A program made the position numbers and the translations under genes. DNA of 64,000 bases. Source: the human T2T-CHM13v2.0 reference genome, Homo sapiens. The notes under the pieces were generated by a model. The model did not search any database and was not told where the DNA came from. It worked only from the letters and a program-made list of their open reading frames with translations. Location of the stretch: assembly GCF_009914755.1 (NCBI RefSeq), contig NC_060931.1, one strand, 5' to 3'. Below, piece after piece: positions 32,467 to 47,080 of the stretch (the first letter of the stretch is position 1; the number at the start of each line of letters is the position of its first letter).

Positions 32467-32531
32467 AATGACTAGTAGAATCATCAATGACTAGTAGAAT
32501 CATCAATGCCTGGTAGAATCATCAATGCCTG
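32467..32531. repeat. 19-bp tandem repeat, ~3.4 copies (AATGACTAGTAGAATCATC)
   Basis: Read directly. Confidence 0.95.
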
Positions 32532-32659
32532 TTAACATATTGCAAGTGACATATTACCAAGTTTCTTGACTGACTGGTCTAAATAGTTTCTCTTATAGTT
32601 TATTTAGAAATTCTAGTTTAGACATTGAGATATTACATAAAATTTAACTCAAGGAAGGC

Positions 32660-32664
<5 letters not shown>

Positions 32665-32694
<30 letters not shown>
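32665..32694. repeat. (TA)15 microsatellite at an Alu tail
   Basis: Read directly. Confidence 0.95.
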
Positions 32695-32721
<27 letters not shown>

Positions 32722-33005
32722 GAGATGTAGTCTCACTCTGTCACTCAGGTTGGAGTGCAGTAGTGTGATCTTGGCTCACTGAAACCTCTGCTGCCCGGGT
32801 TCAAGCGATTCTCGTGCCCCAACCTCCCAGGTAGCTGGGACTACAGGTGCGCACCACCATGCTTGGCTAATTTTTTTGTATATTTAGTAGAGACGGGGTT
32901 TCGCCGTGTTGGCCAGGCTGGTCTGGAACTCCTAACCTCAAATGATCCACCATCCTCGGCCTCTGAAAGTGCTAGGATTACAGGCATGAGCCACCGCGCC
33001 TGGCC
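32695..33005 (-). mobile_element. AluS (Sz/Sx-like)
   Basis: Long poly-T plus a full antisense dimer. Confidence 0.95.
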
Positions 33006-36000
33006 AGGCTGTTGTATTTCAGTGTTCCTTTCAACCAAAAGCAGCAAGTACCTCTTGTGAAAACAAACATAGTGATGGCTTACAGTGGTGATGGCTTTTG
33101 GGGTTGTCAGATGTCCAATATATTTAGGAGGAGTTATATGACTCAAAAAATCTAAAACTACTTCTACATTTGAATGAAAGAAATGAGAGAAATAATATTT
33201 CTGTGGTTTTGTAGATTAAAATCCAGGTTGTTTCTGCTTCATAAGCTAAGAAAACCTGTGAAAAGAAAACATTAAGTTACCTTCATCCAGGGCATAGATC
33301 ACGCAGTTGCTAGCCAATTCCCTCTTACCTCTCTTATGTCAAAGTGATTTGTGGATTTTTTTCCAAAGACTCTGTTGTTAATCAAAGTGAGAATAATGCC
33401 ATTTCTCCTTAGGCAAATTGTGTGTATTGCCAAACCTACTACTGCTTATTTTAATTTGTGGAAATCATAACTGACCCATTGTGTATGTGCCAGTTGAGAA
33501 ATATGCTACATCTGACCTATTTATGGGACTGATTAGAGGCCAGAAAAAAGGCTCATGAAATTCCACTCTGAGGGCAAAATTTCTCTCAAAAAATTTTTTG
33601 AAACTCATCTCTATATTTAAATATGAGGGCCAGTTAGACATTGGCTGGAACAAAATTTTTCTTATCTTGAAAGTGTATTTTTAAGGAAGCAGTAGTAGAT
33701 ATTTTCAGTATGCTTTGTTTTGTGAAAAACTGGAATTATCAACTGTATAGAAGTAGAATTACTCTGGAATATTTAAATGGACAAGAAAAATTTCAAACAA
33801 TATAAAATATATCAATCTTATTAAAGACAGCATATCCTGATGGGAGATAGAATTATAATTTGACTAAGAGATTACAAGGTAGTGAAACAATTTCAGTTTT
33901 CTTTAATTGTGGGAGACATGAAAATATCTTGTTATTCAAAGAAATGCTATGACATAATTAAAATACACATTATTATATACGTTAATGCACCAAAGCATTA
34001 AAATGTCAAAGTAATAGTCACACACACATAAGATTGTATATATCCCATTCTCCAAGATGTGTGGTACACTTCAAGGATAGGCTCCAGTCCATCAAAAATA
34101 GTGTGGCAAATCTGAAAATTATGTCATCTGAGATAAGCTTTCTTGAGGAAATTCATTCTTCAATGTCCCTTGATTCTAACTTAATGCTGGCACCTCATGT
34201 TATTGTCCTCAGTTTACTCATGGCTCTGCTTCCAATTTGAGGATTAGCTCTCTGGGTTCTTTTGGCAGTTCTTCTTGGACTGGTAGCATAACCATGCCTC
34301 CTTTGGGCTTCTCCCCAGGGATTTAGGCTTCTATTTCCTCCCTGCTCTATCTCTATACACCTGCACATACGTATCTGTGTGCTGGCCTTCATGGCAGCTT
34401 TAGTCGAGTAAGGTCCAGACTTACCCCATTTTTGTTTTAAACTCAGAGGGATGAACCAGAAAAATCATACTCCTTTCTCAATCCTGGGTCTACTTCCACT
34501 ACTTATCTTCATTTCTCTTGTTTGGCTGTCTAAATGCATGTTTCTAAGGAGACATGGGGGAGGTGTGGAGAATATATTTGTATATTTATGTGTTTTGGAG
34601 GACCAATTATATAATTCAGTCATTTCAAAGAGAGATGTTATTCTGCCAGTTACCAGTTAGTTCCTACCCAACTTTTAAAACCCACTTAGGTCTTCTTAAA
34701 CTGTTCAAATGTAAATAGTAGAGCATTAGGATCAGGAAAAGTATAGAAATATATCCAAGCAGAGGAGTTTGCTCGTTTTCAGAAGAATAAAATATGATTA
34801 TCATTGTTGTACATATATATCTTGTTGGACACACTTTTTTTAATACCTATTTCATACATCAGAGGAAATGATATTTGATTTGCAAAAAAACACACCCATA
34901 TGTCAATGAAAATGAAAATTCAGAGTCACAAATTTGGTCAAAGAGATACAGTAGTCAGTGCTTTTAAAGATTTTAAAAGTGGTCTTCAAGCAAAATCTGA
35001 CACAAAAACTAAAAATGTGGAGCTGCTTTGATGGTGATCATGGTTGCGGGGTGGCAGGGGGATTGAGAGAAGACCTAATTGCCACCTCCAGTAATGGCAG
35101 CTAAGTCACCCCTTCAGAGAGCTGAATCCTCTTCAGATTGTCACTTGAAAACTGTATTAATCCAACCTTTTCATTTAACAGAAAAGGAATCTGAGGCATA
35201 GGGTTTAAGTGACATCACCAGAAATTCCCAGGTAATTTGTGGCAGAGACTTCTTAAATCCTACGTTCCTCATTAACAGACTAGGAGTTCTTGCATCAAGA
35301 CACATCAATATATGTACATATTGATCATAATATAAATATTGCATATTATTATGTACTATGATTTGTATGAATTTTATGGAGAAACAGTGTTTTCAAACTG
35401 TCTCTCAGTTTCCAAACAATTTGCAAACTGTTGATTTCTGAACCATTTGAGTAATTTAAAGTAGCCTAGCCCATCCAGATATTTGATCAAAAATACTCCA
35501 GGATCTAGAGTCTCATTTACTGTAGTTCTGAATTAAATCATTCCATGGATGGTAAAGAAAATATAAACAGCTCCAAAGATCTTCTACATTTCTTCAAAGC
35601 TTAAGTTGGCTGCTGCTTGGCAATTTTAAGCTGATAAAGAATAAAGGCCACCCTATTTTAAGCTTTTTATCCAGTTAGCTGTTTGAAATGATTTCACAGT
35701 TCAGGCAGGGAGGCGAGCTGGGTAAACGTATCGTTCACAAATAAGTTCTGTAGAATCCAGTGTGGAAATGGAAGAAGGTAGAAGAATGTTTGGCCTTATG
35801 ACAACTGTGGAATTTGAGTCAAAAATAAAAGTATGCTGGTAATTCCCCATTGCTCAGGGAGTGCCTGCCCAACCCTGGAAGTTATTTCTTTGTGTTCTGT
35901 TTTTAGAGGTTTCTAGCTCTGTTCTAAAAAAGAAAATATTGAATGCCATAGTAGGGCACTGAGTCCATCTTGAAGAAGAAGAAGAGCATAACTCTGTAAT

Positions 36001-36794
36001 CTTTCTTGCTAGTCACTTCCAGTTGCTTTTTTTTGCCTCTGGGAAAAAAATGACAGATGCATGGATTTTCTTGCTTGTGGAATGGTTTCTTGCTTGCAGA
36101 CTCCTTAAAGCAGAGAGGACACATTCATATTTGGGTTCCACGTTGTTGGTTCTCTGTGCAAATTAATTCTCAAGTCTAATAGCATATTCCCTTTATGATT
36201 TCTATGAAATCGTTATCCCTGCCTTGATTCACTGACTCATTTTATGCTATCAAGATGTAAACTCTTTGAGAAGAACATCCTCCTATCTGAGTATGCAGGT
36301 TTAATTTTACTGTCACAGCACACGTGTACAAAGTCAGATACAACCGGGAGAGTCATCGGCCCTCAAGATAGTCATTAGTCCATTGCAGGTAAGAGTAGGG
36401 CAAGATGGGAGGCAGTTGAAATTATTATTAGGGGTGAGGTATTGCATCACTGCAGACATTATAAAATGCTTCCTATGTGGAAGGGTGTAAACCTAAGGTG
36501 CAAAGTCCATGGACACTGAAAAGTGGCTGGGCTGGTTTAACAAGATGGGGCAGTGGGAGGAATGCACAGATTGTATTTAATCTCTCCTTTTATTTCCATT
36601 TCTCCCTAGATATCAACTCTTTCCTAACTATCCCAGTCCTTTCACCTTTAGGAATTTCCCTTTTATATTCTACCTGATAGACATTGGACTCCGGACGACC
36701 AATCCTCCCCTTTTATATCTTTAGTTAACTCTTACCTGCCCTGTCCTCTGCCAGGAAAGTATTAAACTATTTTGGGTTAAAGTGCTCAAGTGCA

Positions 36795-37000
36795 GCAGTG
36801 CTGAAGTATAAGCTGAATAGGCTTTAGAATCAGGCAGGCCTGGGTTCTATGATTTCCCTTGTATTTCCTATGTGGCTTTAGGCAAGTTATTTGAACTATC
36901 TGAGTTTCAAATTATCAGTAAAACATGGATAATAATGTATAGCTAATAGAGTCATTTTGAAGATTAAGTGAGATAAGATATGTAAAGGAGCTAGTATTCA
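36795..37000 (+). mobile_element. MIR SINE
   Basis: GGCTTTAGAATCAGGCAGGCCTGGGTTC...GGCAAGTTATTTGAAC...GAAGATTAAGTGAGATAA. Confidence 0.8.
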
Positions 37001-37269
37001 AAAACTTAGTTTCTTTTTTTCCTTTCCATTTTACTACCAATACTATCCAAAATTTATAGATTATCAGAAGTTTTAAATATCTGAAGTATCTAATGGTGGA
37101 AATTTTGAACATGAAAGACATCAATGAAGTGATTTCCAAGGAAAATTCCTTTCTGAGAGCTTTTCAATGATGTATTTGAGTCTGTTTGTGTGTTAAGGAG
37201 TATGTGTAGGCACAGAGAGTATGTTGACTATCTTCTGATTAAGACTTCATTTTTCCATGCTTGCCTTTG

Positions 37270-37777
37270 CCCCAGGATGATGACTCATTTATAATCTTTA
37301 TCACCTGGCTCCTGCACCCTCTGGCTTTTAATTAGGCTGAGCCTTTAGAGAACCACTGCGAAAGATCTAGATGTTTTTATTTCCCTTGATAGCTTATGGG
37401 AAGTTTGCCTAAGGTGGCACTGCTGCTTGAGGCAATCAAGGTTCCCATGTCCTCCTGCTTCCTGGTGTGCTGGAAAACAGAGGAAGGAAAGAGACTCTGC
37501 CAGATCCCCTAGGGCTGCTGTGCTCTCCTTGGAAGGTCGCTTACCCTTTCAAGGTGAACTTCTCCACATGGCTCTCTCCCAGTTTCAATAACTTCTTCCC
37601 TGTGTCCTTTTGGACTTAGGGGTGTTAACTCCTTACCAACTTAGCATTCTTACACTACCCATTGTGATTCTCCTACACCCACACCTCTGTAAATAGTCTT
37701 TTTGTAAATACATCCTACTCAAGTTATCCTGATTTGAGTGTGCTATCTGTTCTGTATTGGAATCCTGATTTATACAC
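37270..37777 (+). mobile_element. LTR33-like (ERVL) LTR
   Basis: CCCACACCTCTGTAAATAGTC...TTTGAGTGTGCTATCTGTT...ATACA as in the LTR33 3' end. Confidence 0.65.
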
Positions 37778-39367
37778 AACATAAACAGAGTGGAATCAAA
37801 GAAGAGGACTCATTCCTGTAATGCAAGTTAACAAGGTTAGTAAGTCAGGCTTCCAAAATTTATTATGTTTTCTAGGACATGTTTTGATTTGAGGTGTGTC
37901 TGAATAACAATCATCATTGTTTAAACCTCCTGTATGATCTTGCTGAATGCTTAATGAATGTTACTTGGAAGGCAGGATCCAAAATCATGGGAGAAAGATG
38001 AGAAAATAGCCACAGGAGGAAAACAGATGTATGGAGTGCACTTTCATGAAGATATTCAAATACAGTTGTTGAAATAAATTTGCATTTTTTTAAACAATTG
38101 TGCTCTTAATTATGATGAATTTCTCTTCAATTTTTCTGACCTCAGTGCTTTATCTGGGTTATAGAGTTTCCTTAAACCCCTTAGTCTGCATACTGGAAAA
38201 GTCGCACTTCAGACTACTGGAAACTAAACAAATAGTAGGAAGACATCATCTGCTAATTCTATGAGTCCTCTTCTTCCTGTTGCATCTGGCTCTTTTAGAT
38301 TTGGTTTTGAAGAGACTTGATGAGGCAAGATTAGACAGAAGAAGAAATTTCATGAACATTTAGGAGCCCAGAATGATGGTGGCATTGATGTAAGGCCATA
38401 CCAGGTGTGGTCTCTTTTTGGCCCAATCTTAAAAACCCAGCCTTCAGACAGAACTTATTTTTTTTAATATATATGAAAATGGAGTCCAAACAAGAAACTT
38501 TTATTAGGCTAAAGAAGAATTCTTATTTTTTAACTCTCTTGGCATTTTTATTTAACAAAAGACTAAAGAATGTGGCAAAGCAACATTGAAAATACCAATT
38601 TTTCCTCTTCCCAAGGCTTGTAAACTTTAATTTGAACTTTAAATACCTTTTCTACTTCATATTACTCATTTGACAGCAATTGTTTTAAGATACGGATTCG
38701 TCTTTCCTGGCCATCTTCTATTTGTTTAACATAATAATATACTTAAACCATGCATGTTTCACAGAGAATTGGCAAGATTTTAGATATCTGCCGTTTGATT
38801 GGTGCTGCATTAACCTAGAGTATAACAAGCCCGGTGATGGATGTACAAGTGTCTACACTCATTAAACTTTGTATTTGCAGAGCAAATAAGTGCAGTTATG
38901 ACACATATGTGAACACAGACGGACAGAATTCGCTTTTTTACTGTGTGGCCAGTAATACAAAATAATTCAAAGAGAAAAGATTCGTTTCTACATGGCTCCT
39001 CAGAAATGTTTGTTTTATATTATAACATAATATGTGTTAAAACAGGATGATCTCAGCCACTGTTTTTTTTTAACTGAGTATTTATTTCCCAAAACTATTT
39101 GCTTACCTTCTCACAAAATAATTCTCAATCTTACATTTACTGGGGAAGAGCTAATTATTTCCTTTACTTGATTTAAGAAAAATCTTTTATGTAGACATAT
39201 TATATCCTGATGTTTAAAAAATCCATTAACAAGGTCTTTAACAAGAACCTATATATTTTGGACTTCAGGTGGACATTTTGTAGTACACAGAAATTTGACT
39301 TAAATATTTGGTGTTAATCTGGGTTGTACTAGGAACAAAGTGATCCATGGGAAGGGGTATATCAGTT

Positions 39368-39395
39368 TTTGTTGTTGTTGTTGTTGTTGTTGTTT
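39368..39395. repeat. (GTT)n microsatellite
   Basis: Read directly. Confidence 0.9.
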
Positions 39396-39439
39396 TAAAC
39401 TTAAGCTCGTACTTTATAACAAGAGGATTTTCTGTCAGT

Positions 39440-39720
39440 TTAGTTTTGTTTTTTAAGACAGGGTCACTCTGTCACCCGGGAGTGCAGTGGCGTGATCATG
39501 GCTCATTGCAGTGACCTAGAAGCGATCCTCCCACCTCAGCCTCCTGAGTAGCTGGGGCAGCAGGCATGCACCACCACACCTGGCTGATTTTTGTACTTTT
39601 TGTAGAGATGGGATTTTGCCTTGTTGCCTAGGCTGTTCTCAAACTCCTGAGCTCAAGCGATCCTCCCACCTAGGCCTCCCAAAGTGCTGGGATTGCAGGT
39701 GTGAGCCACTGTGCCTGGCC
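39440..39720 (-). mobile_element. AluJ with internal deletions
   Basis: GATCATGGCTCA, GATCCTCCCACCTCAGC, CCTGAGCTCAAGCGATCC. Confidence 0.9.
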
Positions 39721-41059
39721 AAGAGTATTTTAAAAATCTTAATAATGATAACAAAGGAGGTGATACATTTCCTTGATAGTAATTCTTTTACGGATAAATG
39801 TTAACTGTAGAGTTCTTTATGGATCAATATTGGGATGACTCAGTTATCAATTTCTTTAACAACATATGCAATGGGAGCCCATTGTGGGGGCAAGTGAGAG
39901 ATAAGACAATAAATCAGATAGCATGTGCTGTGTGAGTAGGCACAAAAGAAGATGGGATATGAGCATTTCTAAGTTAAACCTGCTGAAGAGCACAACTGCT
40001 CACAACTTAATAATTTAGGAATGGAACCATCAGAAAGTGAAGAGGCACGTAAAAGGAACAGAAGCACAGGCATCAGTACAGTACTGTTTGACAAAACATA
40101 TCACAATTAATTGTCATGATGTTTGAAAAGCCTACTATTATTAATTCTGAAAATTAATAATGTACATATTAAACTATCTGAGGGTTGTAAAAAGGTATAC
40201 CATGAAAATAAATTCTCTTGCTACCCCAATCCTGTATTCCCGTTTACTTTCTCAAAGATAACCATGGTTACAGTTTTTTTTTTCTTTCTTATGTTAAACA
40301 TAATTTTTTCATTAGAATACCTTCCTCTGAGATATTTTTTGGTTGTATACTGAGCAGGGGGTCTAACTCTCAGGAGATCCCTCCTCATCAAAAGTTAGTG
40401 CTTGGTCACTCTAGAAACTCTAGGGAGGCAAGGTAAGATACCTTGTGTGAGAAGTCTCTAGAAGATAATGCTTCTAATGGTGCCGTTTCAAATCAAATGA
40501 CCTTGGAAAAAGCTCTGAGGATCTTTTTCTTTCTGGAAAGGGACTAGGCTTTGAACTTGGATTTAGGACCAGTACTAACCTATAATCTTAATTTGGATCT
40601 CAAGGATTTATTGTGGTTTACATGCATAGTTCTGAATGCAGTTTAACTCTCAAGGCACATGTGGTTACAGGATAAGTACAGACAGAAGAGCATTATATCT
40701 CTGTCTGGCTTATTTTCCAGCTAAATTTGAATGACAACAGTCAGCACAAGTCTTGACTTGTTCTGCATTAGTTATTCTGTACAATGTATTCTCTTTGAGT
40801 AATAACTTCTTAAATAGTCAGAAATCTAGCATGATGTTTTTGATCAGTGTCCTTCAATTAGCTACTGTATGGCATGCTTAGTTGCATCATCCTTTCAGTC
40901 TGACCTTTGAGGTGATAGAAACTGACAGTAAAAGATCAGATCTGTTTCCTGCTCACAAACACCTTTAAATCTCCTTAGGTAAAAGCTGATCGGTTATTAG
41001 AAATTATAACAGATAACAAATTGTGAGTTACTAGTAACTGGCTTTCAGTTACAATTCCT

Positions 41060-41277
41060 GTGGTGTGGGGTGAGAAGGAAACTTCCTTTTCACTGTACAC
41101 ATTTGGACAACGAAATTGTCGAATTGCGGAATTGGACTTTGCAAATGTGTATGGTGAGTAGGAGTGAGTGACTTCCTTTTCATTGTACACATTTGCAAAT
41201 TCCAATTCTGCAGTTCCACAATTTCATCGTGCAAATGTGTACAATGAAAAGGAAGTCTCCTACTCACTCTACACCAC
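41060..41277. repeat. Nested inverted repeat (92-bp outer arms, perfect 28-bp inner arms)
   Basis: 41060-41151 aligns without gaps to the reverse complement of 41186-41277 (12 mismatches by hand); 41170-41197 is the exact reverse complement of 41230-41257. Confidence 0.93.
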
Positions 41278-43310
41278 TAGCCTTCCGGCTCCTCCCAGGC
41301 CCAGCAACAACCACTGCTAATGGTTTCTTGTGCATTTTCCCAGAATTTTCTGTTTATGTAAAATATATGGATGACGTAATTCTACAAATATATAAGATAA
41401 TTTCACGTAAACAGAAATGTATGTAACATGTATTATATACAGTGTCCTGTATCTTGCCATTTTTACTTAACATTTTATTTTGGAGATTTTTTTTGTCCAT
41501 GTCACACTTGGATCTATTTCATTCTTTTTAGCAGTGGTATAATACTAATGTATTTACTTAACCAGTTTTTTAGCTATGGACATCCATATTTTATCTTAAT
41601 ATTTGATTTACAGATTCTGAAGAATACCTGCACTTCCATTTTTGCTTACATATTTATTTTCTCTGTGAAATTGCTGAAAGAGACGTGTGCAGTTAGAATT
41701 TTGACAGTCAATGTAGATATTGCCAAATTACCCTCCAAAGAAGCCTGCACCATTTTTACTCAAATCAGCAGTTATGATAAGGCCTATTTTTCCAGATTTA
41801 TGCCAATATCATGTATTATCAATATTTTTCATCATTGTCATAGTAAAAGATAAAAAGTGTACTTCATTTCTGTTTTACAATCAAATATATATGGTCAATT
41901 TGTCTTTTTTCTGTTTGAGTTATTGTTGTTACTTTCCTATTTTTCTAGTGGGTTGATGGACTGTTGTATATTAAGAAAATTGAAACATATTTAAATGTGT
42001 TTTAAATAAACTCTCACAGTGTTTTTTTTTTTTTTTTGCCCTTCTAATTAATTTTTTTGCCATGTAAAAATTTGTAATGTTTATGAAAGTAAGTCACTTA
42101 ATGATTTCTTTTATAAATTTCTGGACTTTATGCCTTGTTTAGAAAGGTCTTTCCCATTCCAAGATCGTTTCCCCCAATTGCCCCATTGTTTTCATAGCAT
42201 AGTTTTGGTTTCATATTTTATTTTAAAATATTTCATATTTTGGGAATTTATTTTTATGGAAAGGATTTAGTTTTTTTTCACCCACACATGACTCACTATT
42301 TTCAGTCTCACTATTGATGTACCTCACCTTTTCCAGCTGATTTGGAAAGTGACATTTATCATATGCTAAATTTTCATAAACATTTGGCTCTATTTGGGGA
42401 TTGTACCCCTATGATCTCTTTGTTCTTGAAGAACTGCCATATTTTAATGCATGTTTTAACAACCAAAAGAACTAGTTCTCCATCACTACTCTTCTTTCTT
42501 TTATGTCTATTCTAGCATGCTTAGATTTTTTTTTTTTTTTTTTAAGACGGGGTCTCACTATGTTGCCTAGGCTGGAGTGTAGTGGTGCCATCTCAGCTCA
42601 CTTCAGCCTTGACCTTCCTCCCACCTCCACCTCCCACAGGCTTGCACCACCTCACCTGGCTAATATTTTTGTATTTTTAGTAGACATGGGGTTTCGCTAT
42701 GTTCCCCAGGCTGGTCTTGAACTCCTGAGCCCAAGTGATCCACCTGCCTTGCCCTTCCAAAGTGCTGGGATTACAGGTGTGAGCCACCACACCTAGCCAT
42801 ATTTTTGTCTCTTTATTTTCTATTTTCCCCATATAATTCTAATGAGGTTCCAAAATATAAAATTTCACTTATACTTTTGTTAGCAATCACATTGAATTTA
42901 TGAAATAATTCATAAATAATTAATTCAGGGTGATCTACAGTCATTACAATATAGTGTCTTTAAATCCAAGAACAAGAAATATTTCTTATTTTTTTCTTAT
43001 TAGGTAGGATTTTCAGGTTTTCTTTACCTAGGTTTTGTTTCAGAACATTTTATTTGTTTATTTCTATTATTTTATACTTGTGTAGCTTTTGCAAAGGGTA
43101 ACATTTCTTCTTTTGCATTACACTTTTAAAAAATATGTGTAGGAAAGCTATTGATTTTTCTGAAATAATTTTTGAAGTAGCCCCATTCATAAGTTCTCTT
43201 ATGGCTTCTAATAATGTTTCTGTTGATTATTTTGTGTTTTTCAGGTAAATAGATTTGTTTTAGGTAATATGCATGATGCAAAAACTTTTGGGAAGTGACT
43301 TTGTTCTACA
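41240..43310 (-). mobile_element. Old L1ME-type fragments (antisense)
   Basis: AACCACTGCTAATGGTTTCTTGTGCATTTTCCCAG, ATTGCCAAATTACCCTCCAAAG, AAAGCTATTGATTTTT; boundaries approximate. Confidence 0.65.
42526..42798 (-). mobile_element. AluJ-like with internal deletion
   Basis: Poly-T, CAGCCTTGACCT, CCTGAGCCCAAGTGATCC. Confidence 0.9.
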
Positions 43311-43361
43311 ATTAATTGTAGTCATGACCAAGATTCCCATGGTCCTAATCTCTGTGTTGTT

Positions 43362-43940
43362 GTGTTGTTGTTTTTGAGACAGGGTCTTGCTCTGTCACCG
43401 AGGCTGGAGTGCAGTGGCATGATCATGGCTCACTGAAGCTTTGAACTCCTGGGCTCAAGCCATCCCCCCACCTCAGCCTGCCTAATAGCTGGGACTATAG
43501 GTGTGTATCACCACACCTGGCTATTTTCTTTTTTTTTGAGACGGAGTTTCGCTCTTGTTGCCCAGGCTGGAGTGCAATGGTACGATCACGGCTCACCACA
43601 ACCTCCACCTCCTAGGTTCAAGCAATTCTCTTGCCTCAGCCTCCTGAGTGGCTGGGATTACAGGCATGTGCCATCACACCCAGCTAATTTTGTATTTTTA
43701 GTAGAGACGGCGTTTCTCCATGTTGGTCAGGCTGGTCTTGAACTCCTGACCTCAGGTGATGCGCCCACCTCGGCCTCCCAAAGTGCTGGGATTACAGGGT
43801 TGAGCCACCACACCCGGCCCACACCTGGCTATTATTTTTATAATTTTCTAGAAATGAGGTCTCATATGTTGCTGAGGGTGGTCTTGAACTCCTGGGCCTA
43901 GGTGATCCTCCTGCCTCCAGCTCCCAAGGTATTTGTTGCA
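43362..43940 (-). mobile_element. AluJ split by a nested AluSp
   Basis: Right arm 43362-43525, left arm 43834-43940; duplicated CACACCTGGCTATT. Confidence 0.88.
43526..43819 (-). mobile_element. AluSp nested in the AluJ linker
   Basis: GAGTTTCGCTCTTGTTG and TTTCTCCATGTTGGTCAGG diagnostics; 14-bp TSD. Confidence 0.95.
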
Positions 43941-44189
43941 CTGCCTCCATCCAGGGAAAAATTTTTATCAGGCATCTATATCCCAACCCATTGATGGTGA
44001 TGGGAATGGAACGGCTCTGCCTAGAGACAAAGTTAAAATTCTTGTGCTACAGGTACTGTACAATTGGCCTCTAATAGTCAAAACAACCCCATGTGTATGT
44101 GCATGCAAGTACATATAGATAGATACATGTGTCTATATACCTATGCATATACACATGTATAAACTTTTACATGTGTATACATAGCACTT

Positions 44190-44450
44190 TTAAATTTAAA
44201 TTTAAATTTTGAACAGATAATATATCCATATGGTTAAAAAAATTTTAAAGTACAAAAGATATACAAAATAAAAGTACAAAAAATCTCCTTTCCATCCCCG
44301 TTTCCAGATCCCAAATTTCTCTCATGGGAGTCAACCTATTTTATCGTTGTTATTTACCCTTAATTCTATGCACATACGGGCAAATACACACATTTTTTAT
44401 TTTTCACACAAATGATGGTTTTCTCTACACACTATTTCTATACTTTATTT
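44190..44450 (-). mobile_element. L1ME-type 3' fragment
   Basis: AAATCTCCTTTCCATCCCC...TTCTATGCACATAC...ACACAAATGATG. Confidence 0.5.
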
Positions 44451-45039
44451 AGGGATAGAGGTCCATGAATAGGAAAGATAAAGATATAATACCAAAAACG
44501 TTTGCGATTCTTTTCCTGATGAACAAATCTGTTTTCTTCAGGTTTTATTCACTGTTACCCTCTGACCAGAGATGTCAGACAGAAATCCTAGGAGTTGGGA
44601 CTGAAAGGCAAAGCAAAGGGATAGAGTCGCTTTGCTCCATCTGCCTGACTGACTTGGTTATCTAGCTAATCTGGTCCCTGTTCCCCTCTTCCCTTTGGAT
44701 TTCTTCTATGGGGCTCCTCATTTCCCCATCGAGTCAAAACAATGATCCATCAGTCATGCACAGACATGTCTGGATCCAGCTGTGGGCTTTGCCATGTGTC
44801 TGTGCCAACTGGCATAAACGAGATGACCAGGACATGTTTATGAATGAATGTATGCATGCATTTTAAAAGAGCTCCCTGCTGATTCAGTCCCAAATCGCTG
44901 CAGGATGCAACTACAGGAATTCAAAAAGACCACCCCACTATCTTAAACCAGAATACCTCTGTCGTATGGAGCACCAGTTTTCTTTTAATTCCCTCCAACA
45001 ATTATCTTGGTACATAATTTAGAAATAAACAGTCTTGTT

Positions 45040-45295
45040 TTAAAGTTTTATTTTATCTTTCATTGACGCATAATAATTATACACATTTGTGGGGCACAGT
45101 GTGATGTTTCAATACATGCATACAATGTATGATGATCAAATTAGGGTAATCAGCATATCCATCACCTCAAGCATGTATCATTCCCTTGTAGTAAAAACAT
45201 TCAAAATCCTCTCTTCTAGCTATTTTGAAATATAAAATATATTATTGTTAACTATAGTCACCCTATTGTGTAACGGAACATTAGAATTTATTGTC
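45040..45295 (-). mobile_element. L1MA 3' end
   Basis: GATCAAATTAGGGTAATCAGCATATCCATCACCTCAA, CTAGCTATTTTGAAATATA. Confidence 0.88.
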
Positions 45296-45519
45296 TTTTT
45301 TTTTTAATCGCATAGCAAAGGAGTTTAGTTCTACTTCATAGTTGAAAAACAGAATAATTTGTGTATGATGGAGTAACAACGTTTTAGGGAGACATAAATA
45401 ATTTAATTGAATTCCAGTGTGCAACATTATATGATTGAGAATACAGCGTTGGAATGCAACCTTTAAAGGCAAGGCATGATGGTGTACTTTTTTCTGCATT
45501 AAAAAAAGCACGCCTTTTA

Positions 45520-47030
<1,511 letters not shown>

Positions 47031-47080
47031 CACAATTTTAACACATGCAAATGAATATTCAACAAGTAAGTAATTGCCTT

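Noticed and set aside
32467-32531. Short direct repeats as a CRISPR-like array
   Set aside because: Head-to-tail units with no spacers, in eukaryotic DNA
36319-36388. Possible 70-nt exon (..CTGTCACAG| ... CAG|GTAAGA) with one open frame
   Set aside because: Weak pyrimidine tract, unrecognised peptide, and the context resembles decayed L2; no partner exons found
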